Of a DNA stretch of 64,000 nucleotides, positions 13,301-22,810 are shown in pieces. The DNA is taken from the NCBI GenBank assembly GCA_973895155.1, contig OZ316899.1, forward strand, positions 9,050,287 to 9,114,286. The letters are read 5' to 3'. Origin of the DNA: Marsupella aquatica. Its lineage: Eukaryota > Plantae > Marchantiophyta. A program made the translations under genes and the position numbers. The notes beneath the pieces were generated by a model. It did no database searches, was not told where the DNA came from, and was given only the letters and a program-made list of their open reading frames with translations. Numbering within the stretch: the stretch's first letter is position 1; each line of letters starts with the position of its first letter.

Positions 13301-14005
13301 TCCTTTATGGAGAGCCGATATGGATATTGAGGTGCATATTACTGAGCTATTTTGATGCGGTTTATGCTAGCGATGTCGCTAACAAACATCTTATCATTTT
13401 CAACTCAAAAAAGGTTCATTTCCATCTTTAAATTAATGCTAGCGATCTCGCTAACATAGTTTCTGGGATTTTCTAATAGAATGTCGTTCTTCCTTTAGGT
13501 GTGCACTCTCATTCTGGACGTCTTCTGTCGAGTGGAATTTAATGCAAAAATTCCCAAAGACCCTGCCTATGTTCCTTTGACGTCTTCGGAAGATGCCAGG
13601 CATAAATCAATGTTGAACATTTGTTATCCAAAGATTGACCCCTGTCCAACAGCGGCCGTTGCTGGATCAAAAAGGCTATCAATTGGCTTCATGCAAGCCG
13701 TGATGGAGTTCCTCACGAAGCCGAGAGATATTGTCCTTGACTGGACAGTGTGTGATGGAAGCTCATTTTCCGCAGGGGAATACTCCGGTCGGTTTGTTGT
13801 TGGTGTTGAGGACAGGGACATTCTCCATTCCTATGCTCAGAAAGGTTTAACAAGCGTTTTGGAGAGGTACTCTAGCAAGTCCAAGATGATTAAAGATCAG
13901 GAAAAGAAGGGTAATCAGGATGCTGGGTCTGATGATGAGTTCACGATACCAGGAGATGAACAGGCTGGACCTTCAAGCGAGAAAGACAAATTTGACCTGG
14001 AGTAA
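10323..14005 (+). pseudogene. Multi-exon gene: N-terminal ParB/Srx-like domain, helical middle region, C-terminal beta-class (N4C/N6A-type) DNA methyltransferase-like domain; decayed
   Basis: IVRSL...LKSKFRTQGY...MFFVFDGNH*LYSW (DGNHR motif, TGA at 10971-10973 in place of Arg). GFISLPTG...PSWN...RPMLSDKGYVAVLH (motif IV-VI-like), then FLTKPRDIVLDWTVCDGSSFSAGEYSGRFVVGVE (motifs X, I, II). A clean GT-AG intron at 13332-13498 joins ADMDIE|VCTLIL in frame. Confidence 0.7.
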
Positions 14006-14010
14006 AGTAC

Positions 14011-14448
14011 TTGGCCTCTTCTGGTGTCGGACTCCCTATTTGGTTTCTTTTGTTTTATTCATTTTGTTGCTCTTCCTCAACTGATGCCGGTGGTTGCTTC
14101 AATGATAGGAGGGTGGATTGGTTTTCTGAGGAGAGATTTCATCTTCGAAAGGAAGTGGAGGAATCCATCGTGGTTACTCCAGAGAAGCCTTTCAATCTTC
14201 CGTGCTATGCTGAGAAGTCGGCAAAGGAGGTTGATGACGCTCCTGTGGTCTTGACTTGGGAGGCGAAAGGGCTTCGCTCAATTAGAGGAGCTCGTAGATA
14301 TCTGGATTGTTCAAGGTTTATTGACAATGCAGCGGGGACAGTTAGCCAGTATTTAGATGAGTCTGCCGAGTCTACTGAGAAGGAGACCAGTAGCGATCCC
14401 AGTAGAAGTTCAATATCTGATGATTCAGAAGATGAGGTTTATGACTAA
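14011..14448 (+). CDS. Possible short acidic-tailed ORF or exon near the transposon's right end; function unknown
   Basis: 145-codon open frame without an ATG start, ending ...SRFIDNAAG...SDDSEDEVYD. Confidence 0.25.
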   Translation: MASSGVGLPIWFLLFYSFCCSSSTDAGGCFNDRRVDWFSEERFHLRKEVEESIVVTPEKPFNLPCYAEKSAKEVDDAPVVLTWEAKGLRSIRGARRYLDCSRFIDNAAGTVSQYLDESAESTEKETSSDPSRSSISDDSEDEVYD

Positions 14449-15255
14449 TGCAATAGCTTCAGTGTTAAACTGGCTGTACTGCTTACCCTTGACTCTTATA
14501 GTTTTTTCTGTGTGCCAGTTTTAGGATATCCATACTTTCAATGTATAAAGAATGACCATTTTCTCATGAAAGTGCCTGCTATTCGGTTATTGTTTTCCAA
14601 TATCGTTGTGCGCAAAGTCAAGTATGGAATGCATATGACAATCATGCATGAATTTCCGTAGTTATAACACTTTCATTACTTTGAGAGAGGGAAAACAGTG
14701 AAATTTGGTCATTTTTCCATTAATGTGGTCGTGAGTTCGACCATAAAATGTGCCTCGCTAACAATGATGCCTCGCTAACAATGATGCCTCGCTAGAAAAA
14801 ATTATTGTTTGCTTGCACCGTAAAATTCCTCCTATAGCTACCTTTGTGAGTTGTATCCTAGTTTCACTCCTCCCGGCCTCTTGAGGATAAAGTTGGATTG
14901 CGTGGGCACTAGAGGTTGTTGGGCGGCCGATTTTCTTTTCACAAGTGGAAATTGATGGTGTCCGCTTCACATCTTTGGGCGGGCTGGTTCAAACCAAAGG
15001 GGGGTACCCCAAGGGGAGAACAATGGGTCCGACAAGTTTGGAGTAAGCTTACCCGCTTGAACTGGCATCCTACTTGGACAACTGGGATAGGTTGGAATTT
15101 CCTACGTCTGGAATGCGCATACCAACCTGGATTGCATCAGCCTTATGGGCAAACCATTTGTTACCTCATAATATTTTTAAGACCTAAAGTGGTCTAGGCA
15201 TGCTAGAACGTTTACTTAGGTCACGCAGACGTGACCATTTTTAAGGGGGGGTGCA

Positions 15256-16751
15256 AGTCATGGAACTCGACTACCTTAACACTTAGCTCCGGCGTTGCTG
15301 ACTTTGACGCCGAGCTCCCTTATGGTCTAGGCCCGGATAGGCAATCCGGGGAGGACTTAGCATGGGGCGACTTGTGGGCGATGGGATGTGGCAACAGCGA
15401 AGGCAACGCGCCAAGCTAGTGACACACACTAAGAACTTAGACTAGTCGAGTGTTGGTCGGTTCAAGAGGAAAGGGGCCGGGCTCAAGGTTGACCGTCCAG
15501 ACCCTCGGAAGGACTTTGAGTTCTGAGGGCTTGAGTGAGAACTCCTCTTGGGCCCAACGCCAATGGAGTTGACGCCATGGGCAATGGACGCTTGGGGCGC
15601 GAGTCATGGCCCAATCCGGGTTTGGCCAATCGGGGGACCCTAGCGGCGATGAGGTCTGAGAGCCTAGGCATGAGCACTGGCTTGGCCCAATCACAACGGG
15701 CTAAGGCACTCCGCTTGCGGATGCCTAACTAGGAAGTTATGGGCGTTGCCAGTTGGTGGCGTGCCCAGACATGCGGGATAGGATCCGGGTTGTGGACCAA
15801 AATGTTGAGGACCAAAGTTGGTCCGAGGGTGACAAGTCTCCATAAGCATATATGAGGGGAGCGGTGTCTCCCTAGGGGCTAAGGGCGAGCCAAAGTCGTG
15901 AGCCGCAGTGGTTGCGACATTAAGGTAAAATGCCAAACGGAAACGGCGATATCTTCCCAATGAGAAGTCCGTTGGAGGTCTTCTTGGGTGCGTTGGAAAG
16001 CGCTCAAGGAGGGTTACGTCCTCTTGAGATCAGCTGGGTCTTGGGGTGCCATGGGTTATCAAGGTTTGCGGGTGTTATCTCGCTCGCTTGCCAAATCCTG
16101 CCGAAACAACAGCCAAGCCACGTTCAGTCTCCCAAGGGAGCTTGCGTTGGGGAGGCAAGGCCAAGTAGGCGTGGAGGTTGAGTTCCAAGGGTGCTTGGCC
16201 CCTAGACCATCCATGGGGCGAGAACCGGGAGTTGGTTGCTAGAGTCGGGGCCATTCTGGTCCCGACATGTTGGGGCAAGCTTCGGACGAGCTTTAGGACA
16301 AGCTACGCTTTGGGCAATGAGCATGTCCTGGGGGAAAGGCGGTCAATTGATGATAGATAGGTACAAGGGGAAACACAGGCGACGCCCAAGGAAAGGGCTA
16401 TTCTGGATGAACAGTGCGCGTTGGTTCTGGTTCCTGCTTATGGCATTGTGAAGACCTATTGCTGACCTACTTACCAATGTCTGTTGAGCTTGAGTTAGGA
16501 TCTAGACTTGGGGAGATCTAGATCCCAAAGGGTTACTTACCAAGACGCTTGGTTGCTAGTGCAGATAGTGAGGACCATTGAGTAGCGGTCATGTTGGAGA
16601 GCAAGTGCAACTTTGTATGGGCAGGGCCGCTGGTGGTGCAAGGGGCACTAGGTTGTTTCTCGAGGTATTCCGTGGAGGCGTTTGGGCACCAGGGGCACTT
16701 AGGTGTGGGTGATGGGATTGGTGAGGGCGCTGGGTGGCCAGGTTCACCACT
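15256..16751 (+). repeat. 3' LTR of family C (1496 bp) with AGT...ACT termini
   Basis: Follows the PPT. Its start matches 63014 onward (agtcaYggaactc) and its end matches 52641-52963 (..caccact). Confidence 0.85.
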
Positions 16752-17220
16752 GTGTGCAAATGTTTGCAACGCCTCAATGTCCTTACTACCCGGTGTCGAG
16801 CCCAGAATTCAATAGAGAAAAATCAAAGTAAAATTGAAGGGAGAATGGAGCTCAACGCTGCGGCTGAATGGAGAGCCAATACTCCACAAAATCAAGTAAG
16901 AAGAACTGGGCTGGAATGCTGGGCTCAAGGAGAATCAGAAGACCTGAACTAGAAGAGGAAATCCTGGAGCACGAATTAAAGGAGGAGATTGAAGGGAAAG
17001 CAAAGGCTGGAAGGGAAATTAATAGAGAAGATTGAAATTTCTGAATCAGAGAGAATATTTTACCAAAAGGAGAAGTCATCGACTGCTAACAAGGGCGCTC
17101 TTCAAGCAAAATCAACTTGCACCTTCTATAGGGGAACTTTTGAGGTGGCATAGTGGACAGCTAGAAGACCATTTCCTCAGCTAGGGCAATTGACAAGATA
17201 TCTAAGTTGTGGCCCTTAAC

Positions 17221-17371
17221 TTCAGGAATTGAATGCAGGATCAAGTCCATAGATATATTCTGAAATTAGAATGCCTGCTCTTTGGACTTCAGCAATTGAA
17301 TGCACTATCAAGTCCATAGGTATATTTCTGAAATTAGAATGGCTGCTCTTTGGACTTCAGCAATTGAATGC
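17221..17371. repeat. Tandem repeat, ~67-bp unit x ~2.2, in an LTR-like region
   Basis: ttcagSaattgaatgca..atcaagtccatag.tatat(t)tctgaaattagaatgSctgctctttggac repeated head to tail. Confidence 0.8.
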
Positions 17372-18167
17372 TACCAAGGTCAATCGACAGTCGAGAGAAG
17401 TACACATGGAAGGGAGATATTTTTGTGAGAATGAAGGGCTGGTCTGAACGGAAGCACTGGCCAGACTTCCTTCAAATAACCCATGATCCCTTCAAACAAG
17501 TTCAGTTCTCTAAGTTCTAGCTTAGTTCTCTCCTTGCTCCAAACTGAATCAGGCAGTCGACTCTGCCATAGATTGGAAGCATTCATTCTCCTATTGCCAT
17601 GAGTTCTTTCTCTCTGTTCACCCATGCACTTACTATCAAGACCAGGGCTTATATTTCACAAGGCTTATATTTCACAGGAGTACTGGGCCTTTATGTTTGT
17701 AGTCTCATAGCGTTACTATTTGGCTTTATACACCTGAGTTTACACAGGCAGGGTCAGGCAAACCAAGTTTACACAAGTAACTAAGCCTTGAGATAAGGCT
17801 GACCCTAGTTTAAAGTGATGATATTGATGGGTTCTGCTGAAACCTGAATAACTCGCTCAGTTTAGACTCAATCGGAGTACTTTTAAATGCATGGGAAAGC
17901 TATTGACGGTGGCTAGAGGTTGGCACGAGCTAGGAGGATTGGGAGTTCATTAATATTCTCCTGGGAATCAGGTTCTATAACAGTTTGATTTTGCTGGCTA
18001 CTTGAGAGGTTTGGATCGTGCTTACACTCTAAAAGGAGGTCAAGTGGGACTACAATCAAAGTGCATGACTGATCCAAAAGGGCTGCCTGATCAGCATTTT
18101 TCTCCCCTGGTCCACAAGGCTAAGTTCACCTTGTGGAGTAAGCATGGGAGAACACATGCTGACCCCA

Positions 18168-21100
18168 TGTGGTGCGTCCCATGGCTCCCTAAACCCAAGA
18201 AACCCCCCAGCTCAAGCCGATTCCCGCAGGTTTCGTGCTTGGCGAGGCCGTTTCCGCGGCTTAGCGGCATGGGACGCTGCTAACCTTCTACTACTACTAT
18301 TAACATTTTACACACATATACTGGACAGATCCTTCATCGGGTCATGAGATACGTAGCTGGCCTAATATAGGTCTTCCCCTGTCTTCCCCTCCGTCTTGTT
18401 AGGTATGTTTGGATTCCGCCGCCGGAATGATCCCCAATAGGCTTGGTTAAGCTGCTAAGACCTCTCTCAGCTCGACACATCCAACTCTCACTCCCCTGCT
18501 TACTTTCCTTCCTTCTGTTGATGTGGGCACTCTTCACACAAGTTAATGCGACACACAAATAGCAAAATGACTCATTCTGACTGAGTCATACCATGCACTT
18601 GCCATACAAACAGTACATCTCATACACCAGTTCTGCGAACTAAGCCGTGAGGCCAACTCTATTCAGCTCTTAGGCATGAGGAAACATGAATATACACAAG
18701 GGTCACTGTATGACTAACCGAGAGCTTCTCGTACTACTTGATCCCAGCCCGGCTGGTGCAAACTAAAAACTTGCTAAAGAAGAGGCCCTGAGCTCCCCGC
18801 TGCCCAGGTACTTATCCTGGTAGTGGATCCGCCATTCTTTGCATCGTAAGCCTAATCTACCTGACAGTAATCTACTTGCCCGAATCTACCTATGTACAGC
18901 AAGGCAGGAGCACAAGTGTTGCTCCTACCAGTGGAACCGCAATCCCACTAAGCTAAGTGTCAGGGCCGCTCCTGGTTCTAATCCTAATCCTAAACGTGGA
19001 GATCCGCGCCCGCCCTGCCCACTCACGCCTCCTCCCTCCACGTCCGCCCTCCCTAAAAGGAACGGCGCCCTTGCACCGTCACGACACCGGTGGTGGATCC
19101 TCAATGGACGCCCCCAACACTTCCCCCTCAGCCACTGCCGTTGGCCCGCCTACTGACAGATTACCTGCCCTTGACCGAGTCAACTCTCCCTCGGCCTGAC
19201 TGGGTCCACCTTCGGCTTCAGCCTCGACACCGGCCTCGGCAATACCCACGGCTTCGGCCTCAGCCACTCCCACGGCTTCGGCTTCCCCTTCCCCTAGGGT
19301 AGTTGGATCCTTAGCCGTGACCCTGTCTGGGGTCGGTGCTGGGTCTACCTCCTTGATCACCACGGCCTGTGAAGTCGTATTACTCCTTGACCTTGAAGGT
19401 TTCCGCTTCTTCTTCGTTGGTGGCTCGGCATCTGGTCCCTTCCCCTTCCCACTTACTTCCGGCACTGGTGCAGGTGGCGCGGCCTGTCCTTCGGCAATTA
19501 CCACCCCTGGTAACTGGTTTGTCCCAACGGGAGATGGACCTGCTGCAGCTAAGCATTTAAATACTGCGGCTTGTTTCTTCAGCCGCTCAGTTTGGTTGTC
19601 GGCCCGCCGCTGTAGGTTCTCCATCTTCCTCGTGATTTCCTCCAACTCCTCTTGGGTTTCATCCAGGTCCTTACGTGCTCCCTCCAGCTCGTTTTTGGCC
19701 TCCTCCTGCTCCCTGTGGGCTTCCTCCAATTCCTTCTTCAAGGTAGCCCTCTCCTCCTGGGTTGCTCTTAGCTCCTTGTTGAGCTCTGCAATGATGACAG
19801 ACTCCATCTGATTCATCTTGGCGTAAGTCTGTTCGAGCATCTCGTCCTTCTCCCTTAGGTCGGCCTTGAAGCTGGCCGTCAGGGACGCAAGCTCCTGCTG
19901 CAGCGCCATAATCCCTTGATAGGATTTCCCTAACTCGGCCTCCTTCTGCTCAAGGGCTCCGCGGATTTTCTCGAGCTCCCCTTTCAACGCCCATTCCTTT
20001 CTTTGGGTCTCCGCCATGGCCCGGCTGTTGGCTGTTATGTGGGCCTCCTTTGTATTCTTCAGCTCTTGCTTCCACTTCTCCCTCTCTTTGATCGTGTCGG
20101 CCAACTCTTCCTGCGTCTGAGTCAGTTTATCCTTGATATTCTGATTATCAGCCTGCGCGGTGTCCAACTGCCCCTGCATGATGTTCAGCTCATGTCGTTT
20201 AATCCGCAGTTCATCTTGGGCTTTCTTGGCCGCCCTTAGATCTTCAATCTCGGCTTCCATCCTCCTAAGCCGCCGAATGACCTCGTCCTTCTTGCTTCTC
20301 TCTAAAGCCACCGCTTCTTCTAATTGGTGCTTCTCCAACTGCTCCCTATGGAAAAAGGGTCCTACCTCCAACTCCTCTCCAAAGATGCCGAGCGCAAGTT
20401 CCCCACACATCTCACCATACTCCATGGCTCTATTCTTAGCGTAGGTGGAGTAAGTAGAAGTGATCGGCATCGCCCATCGTGGCCTCTGCTCCCAAGCCGT
20501 CCTGCGGATCTCTTCAATCGTGGCTAGAGGTTTGCTTCCTTTTTCGGCTAGCCGCCTGATGTCCTCCGGCCAATCTCCTCCTGGTAAATCCTTTTCCTTA
20601 GCCAGGGCGGCCTCCTCTTCCTGCTTGATTCGCTCCTGAAATTCCTGCACCGTCTGTTTTATGCCGTCGAAGCTCGGGGGGGCAACGTCTGGTGGGGGAG
20701 ACTCAGGGCTACTCTGCTGGTTGGGGTCCCCTCGCACTACCCTTGGAAGTGTGGGGACAAACCGGCCACAGGTCCTTACTCCTGGAACGTGATGGTCCGA
20801 CCCATAGCCGGAATTATCATGGCTGCAGTCCTCCACTGCCTCCTCTACCTCTTGGACGTCCGGCTTCTCCCTCTCCTCTTCGTCGGTAGGAGCTTCAGGC
20901 AATTCTGCCTCAGATTCGGAGCTTGAGGTTCCCACGTACATTCGAACACCTGGCTTGGATTTCGGCCTGATTCTCTCCTTGTCTCCAGCAAAGGGGTTTT
21001 CTCTTGTGAGCCGGTGTAGGCCTACCTCTGTAGTAGTGTCCTGCATTGTTGCCGTTGCCGTTGTTGTTGCCGATGCCGATTTCTTTTCTTTCTCCAGTAG

Positions 21101-22793
21101 TTTCAGCAGACTCTGCATGCCTGGTTGCTGCATCGGCAAGTCCTCCTTCCTGGGCCTAAACACCTGCTCGATCGTAGGACTAACAGGTGGTTGAGGCTTC
21201 TCAGCCAACGGCCTCGGCGTTGGAGCTTCCTCGGGTGCCCTTACCTGCAGGGGAAGTACCGGGGCAAAAGTCTGACCTCTGGCATACCGGCACAACAGCG
21301 GCATGTGATAGCCAAGCCGCGACACGCTCCCCATGCCGATTACCTGCTGCTCCTCCTTTAAGATCTTCTTCAATTGGTTGAGGAGGTACCCGTTGTAGTC
21401 CCGGCTTGGGTCTGGCCTTTCTGCCAGATAGACCTGTGCCTTGCCGATCTTTGCCCTCGGCAAGTTACAATGCATGGTCACCCGCAAGAAGTTGATCATC
21501 TCTCCTATGTGCGGGTTGGTGCAGGTGTTCCGGAAGAAGCCATTCTTCGTTGATGGCCCGGGGAACGACCGGAACTCCTTGTCAGGCAAGGTCTTCCTGG
21601 TATCAACTTTGGTCTTATTGCCTATCGGCAGGCCAAACACTTCGGCAATTACCTTGGGAGTAAGATAGAAATCCTTCCCATATATCCTCGTGCAATTGGT
21701 CTCGGGTTCCCATGACCCCACGAATTCTAATAGGTCTGACTCCGGTACCTCCGGCTTCAGCCATGGTAATCTTACAAAGGCCTCCAAGCCGGATCCGGCC
21801 ATGAAGCCTTGGTACTTCTTGGTCTGCATGGCCGTAAAGCATGCATCCTCCTCCCGTGCAAAATGTAGTTGCACCTCCACCGGTAGGGTTGCCGCCCAGC
21901 CCTTCCAGGTGTCATCCCTGGTTGGAATGGCCTTGATGGGATCGACCTCCTCTTCTTCGGCTTCTCCCTGCCTCCTGCTCTGCTGCTCGGCTGGCTTCTT
22001 TGGTGCCGCCGATCACGTTCTTTTTGCCGGGGTGGCTTCATCGTTGACGGCTCCCTTCCTCTTCATCTCTGCTGCCGTGGAGGTTTCTCCTAGCACCGTT
22101 GCCTGGGTCCACCTTTCCGTGCTACCCTTTAATTCCCAGTGTATGTCGTTGCAGTTCTTGATGGCCTCTCGGATGCCGACGACGCTGTCTTTGCAAAACA
22201 GAAGATCGTCGAGTTGATTGGAAGTAGGCGTCCACAGGAACTCGTCCTTGATGAGTTCGCCTCCTAAGAAAGCCGTCTTCTGCAGCTCCCACAATCGAGC
22301 GAGCTCCTGCCATTCTCTAGCTGCCCTTTCTGATTCCTCGTCCTCGTAAGTCTTGATGTACTCAGTTGCCCGTTCGAACAGGCATCCCCAGAAATGTGCC
22401 GCTTGATTGACGTTGCTCATACCCTCCTTAGGTTGATCGTCGGTATCTACTCTCTCCCCGAGTGCTTGCCTAAGCAGCTGACAGTAGTTGGCCTCCCGTA
22501 GTCGTCTGCCTAGTTCGTGCTCGCAAATGAGCCACTATTTCCTGCAAGCGCTCCTTACCCCTCTCCTTTGCCGGTCCTTCTTCCCGTTGATCCTTCCTAG
22601 CCGCCGACGCTTAACGCGCCCTAACCCTAATCGGGTTTTCACCCTTAGCCTTACCTCCGGCCTCGGCCCGGGTTCCATGGTTGCCCCTAATTGTTTATAT
22701 TTTCCTTGTTTTGTCACTATACTAAGGTGTTCCTAGGGTGCCTTCCTGCTTTACCCACTTAACCGGCCGAGTGATTCCTGTCTAGGCATCACA
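18168..22793 (-). repeat. Element A 3' LTR (4626 bp)
   Basis: Near-identical to 29015-29298 + 44187-48538. Differences seen are scattered substitutions, mostly transitions, and one 10-bp unit (gtcttcccct x2 versus x3). Confidence 0.97.
19079..21880 (-). CDS. LTR-encoded accessory protein of element A (3' LTR copy): PMD/Transposase_32-like N-terminal region, long coiled coil and NLS; the C-terminal 933 codons of a 1200-codon frame starting at ATG 22678
   Basis: LLEFVGSWEPETNCTRIYGKDFYLTPKVIAEVFGLP resembles the plant mobile domain core (W.PET...T...A..LGLP). ~270-aa heptad-rich E/K/Q/L segment; PTKKKRKP. In frame with ORFs 22013-22420 and 22535-22717. Confidence 0.75.
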   Translation of the reverse strand: MEVQLHFAREEDACFTAMQTKKYQGFMAGSGLEAFVRLPWLKPEVPESDLLEFVGSWEPETNCTRIYGKDFYLTPKVIAEVFGLPIGNKTKVDTRKTLPDKEFRSFPGPSTKNGFFRNTCTNPHIGEMINFLRVTMHCNLPRAKIGKAQVYLAERPDPSRDYNGYLLNQLKKILKEEQQVIGMGSVSRLGYHMPLLCRYARGQTFAPVLPLQVRAPEEAPTPRPLAEKPQPPVSPTIEQVFRPRKEDLPMQQPGMQSLLKLLEKEKKSASATTTATATMQDTTTEVGLHRLTRENPFAGDKERIRPKSKPGVRMYVGTSSSESEAELPEAPTDEEEREKPDVQEVEEAVEDCSHDNSGYGSDHHVPGVRTCGRFVPTLPRVVRGDPNQQSSPESPPPDVAPPSFDGIKQTVQEFQERIKQEEEAALAKEKDLPGGDWPEDIRRLAEKGSKPLATIEEIRRTAWEQRPRWAMPITSTYSTYAKNRAMEYGEMCGELALGIFGEELEVGPFFHREQLEKHQLEEAVALERSKKDEVIRRLRRMEAEIEDLRAAKKAQDELRIKRHELNIMQGQLDTAQADNQNIKDKLTQTQEELADTIKEREKWKQELKNTKEAHITANSRAMAETQRKEWALKGELEKIRGALEQKEAELGKSYQGIMALQQELASLTASFKADLREKDEMLEQTYAKMNQMESVIIAELNKELRATQEERATLKKELEEAHREQEEAKNELEGARKDLDETQEELEEITRKMENLQRRADNQTERLKKQAAVFKCLAAAGPSPVGTNQLPGVVIAEGQAAPPAPVPEVSGKGKGPDAEPPTKKKRKPSRSRSNTTSQAVVIKEVDPAPTPDRVTAKDPTTLGEGEAEAVGVAEAEAVGIAEAGVEAEAEGGPSQAEGELTRSRAGNLSVGGPTAVAEGEVLGASIEDPPPVS

Positions 22794-22810
22794 TAGCTCC
22801 CCACTTAATT
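22794..22810 (-). promoter_or_regulatory. Element A polypurine tract (aattaagtggggagcta), lying inside the integrase coding end
   Basis: Directly abuts the 3' LTR start on the minus strand; homologous to B's aattaagagaggagcta. Confidence 0.85.

Larger units (their letters stand above)
3368..13455. repeat. Dispersed 18-bp palindrome family, consensus GCTAGCGA-nn-TCGCTAGC (9 full copies)
   Basis: Copies start at 3368, 3503, 5317, 5385, 9898, 9992, 11165, 13366 and 13438. Half-sites at 1909-1938; three half-sites in a 17-bp tandem at 14751-14795. Confidence 0.9.
1782..14873. mobile_element. Large Mutator-like (MULE-type DDE + SWIM) DNA transposon carrying accessory genes; boundaries approximate
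   Basis: Interrupts the chromovirus just after the chromodomain. Direct repeat CGGCCT at 1776-1781 and 14874-14879 is a candidate TSD. Weak inverted similarity of the ends (gtgaact..tacaa..agctatag..gtgcRagSaaacaRtaa, ~1791-1850 versus reverse complement of ~14796-14868). CTCGCTA half-site clusters lie near both ends. Confidence 0.65.
1..16751 (+). mobile_element. 3' part of a decayed chromovirus-type Ty3/Gypsy LTR retrotransposon (family C, copy 1), interrupted by a ~13-kb DNA transposon
   Basis: RNase H/integrase/chromodomain remnants at 7-1724. After the intervening element come a short 3' region, a PPT (ttaagggggggtgca, 15241-15255) and a 1.5-kb LTR homologous to 52641-52963 and 63014-64000. 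The link across the insertion is inferred. Confidence 0.7.

Noticed and set aside
10323-14005. Bacterial or phage contamination explaining ParB and methyltransferase motifs
   Set aside because: The gene has GT-AG introns and lies in a eukaryotic transposon nested in a chromovirus.
18567-18589. atgactca-N7-tgagtcat inverted repeat in A's LTR
   Set aside because: A single short inverted repeat; it could be a bZIP-type site but nothing else supports it.
19079-21880. LTR ORFs as retroviral envelope genes, or as host SMC/myosin genes
   Set aside because: No signal peptide or transmembrane segment is evident and NLS-like patches are present. There are no ATPase or motor motifs; coiled-coil composition alone is not homology.
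19090-22217. Many short antisense and overlapping ORFs in the track (for example 19317-19811, 21690-22217, 32237-32638, 54926-55480)
   Set aside because: They are shadow frames of biased coding sequence or LTR DNA with no recognisable motifs.
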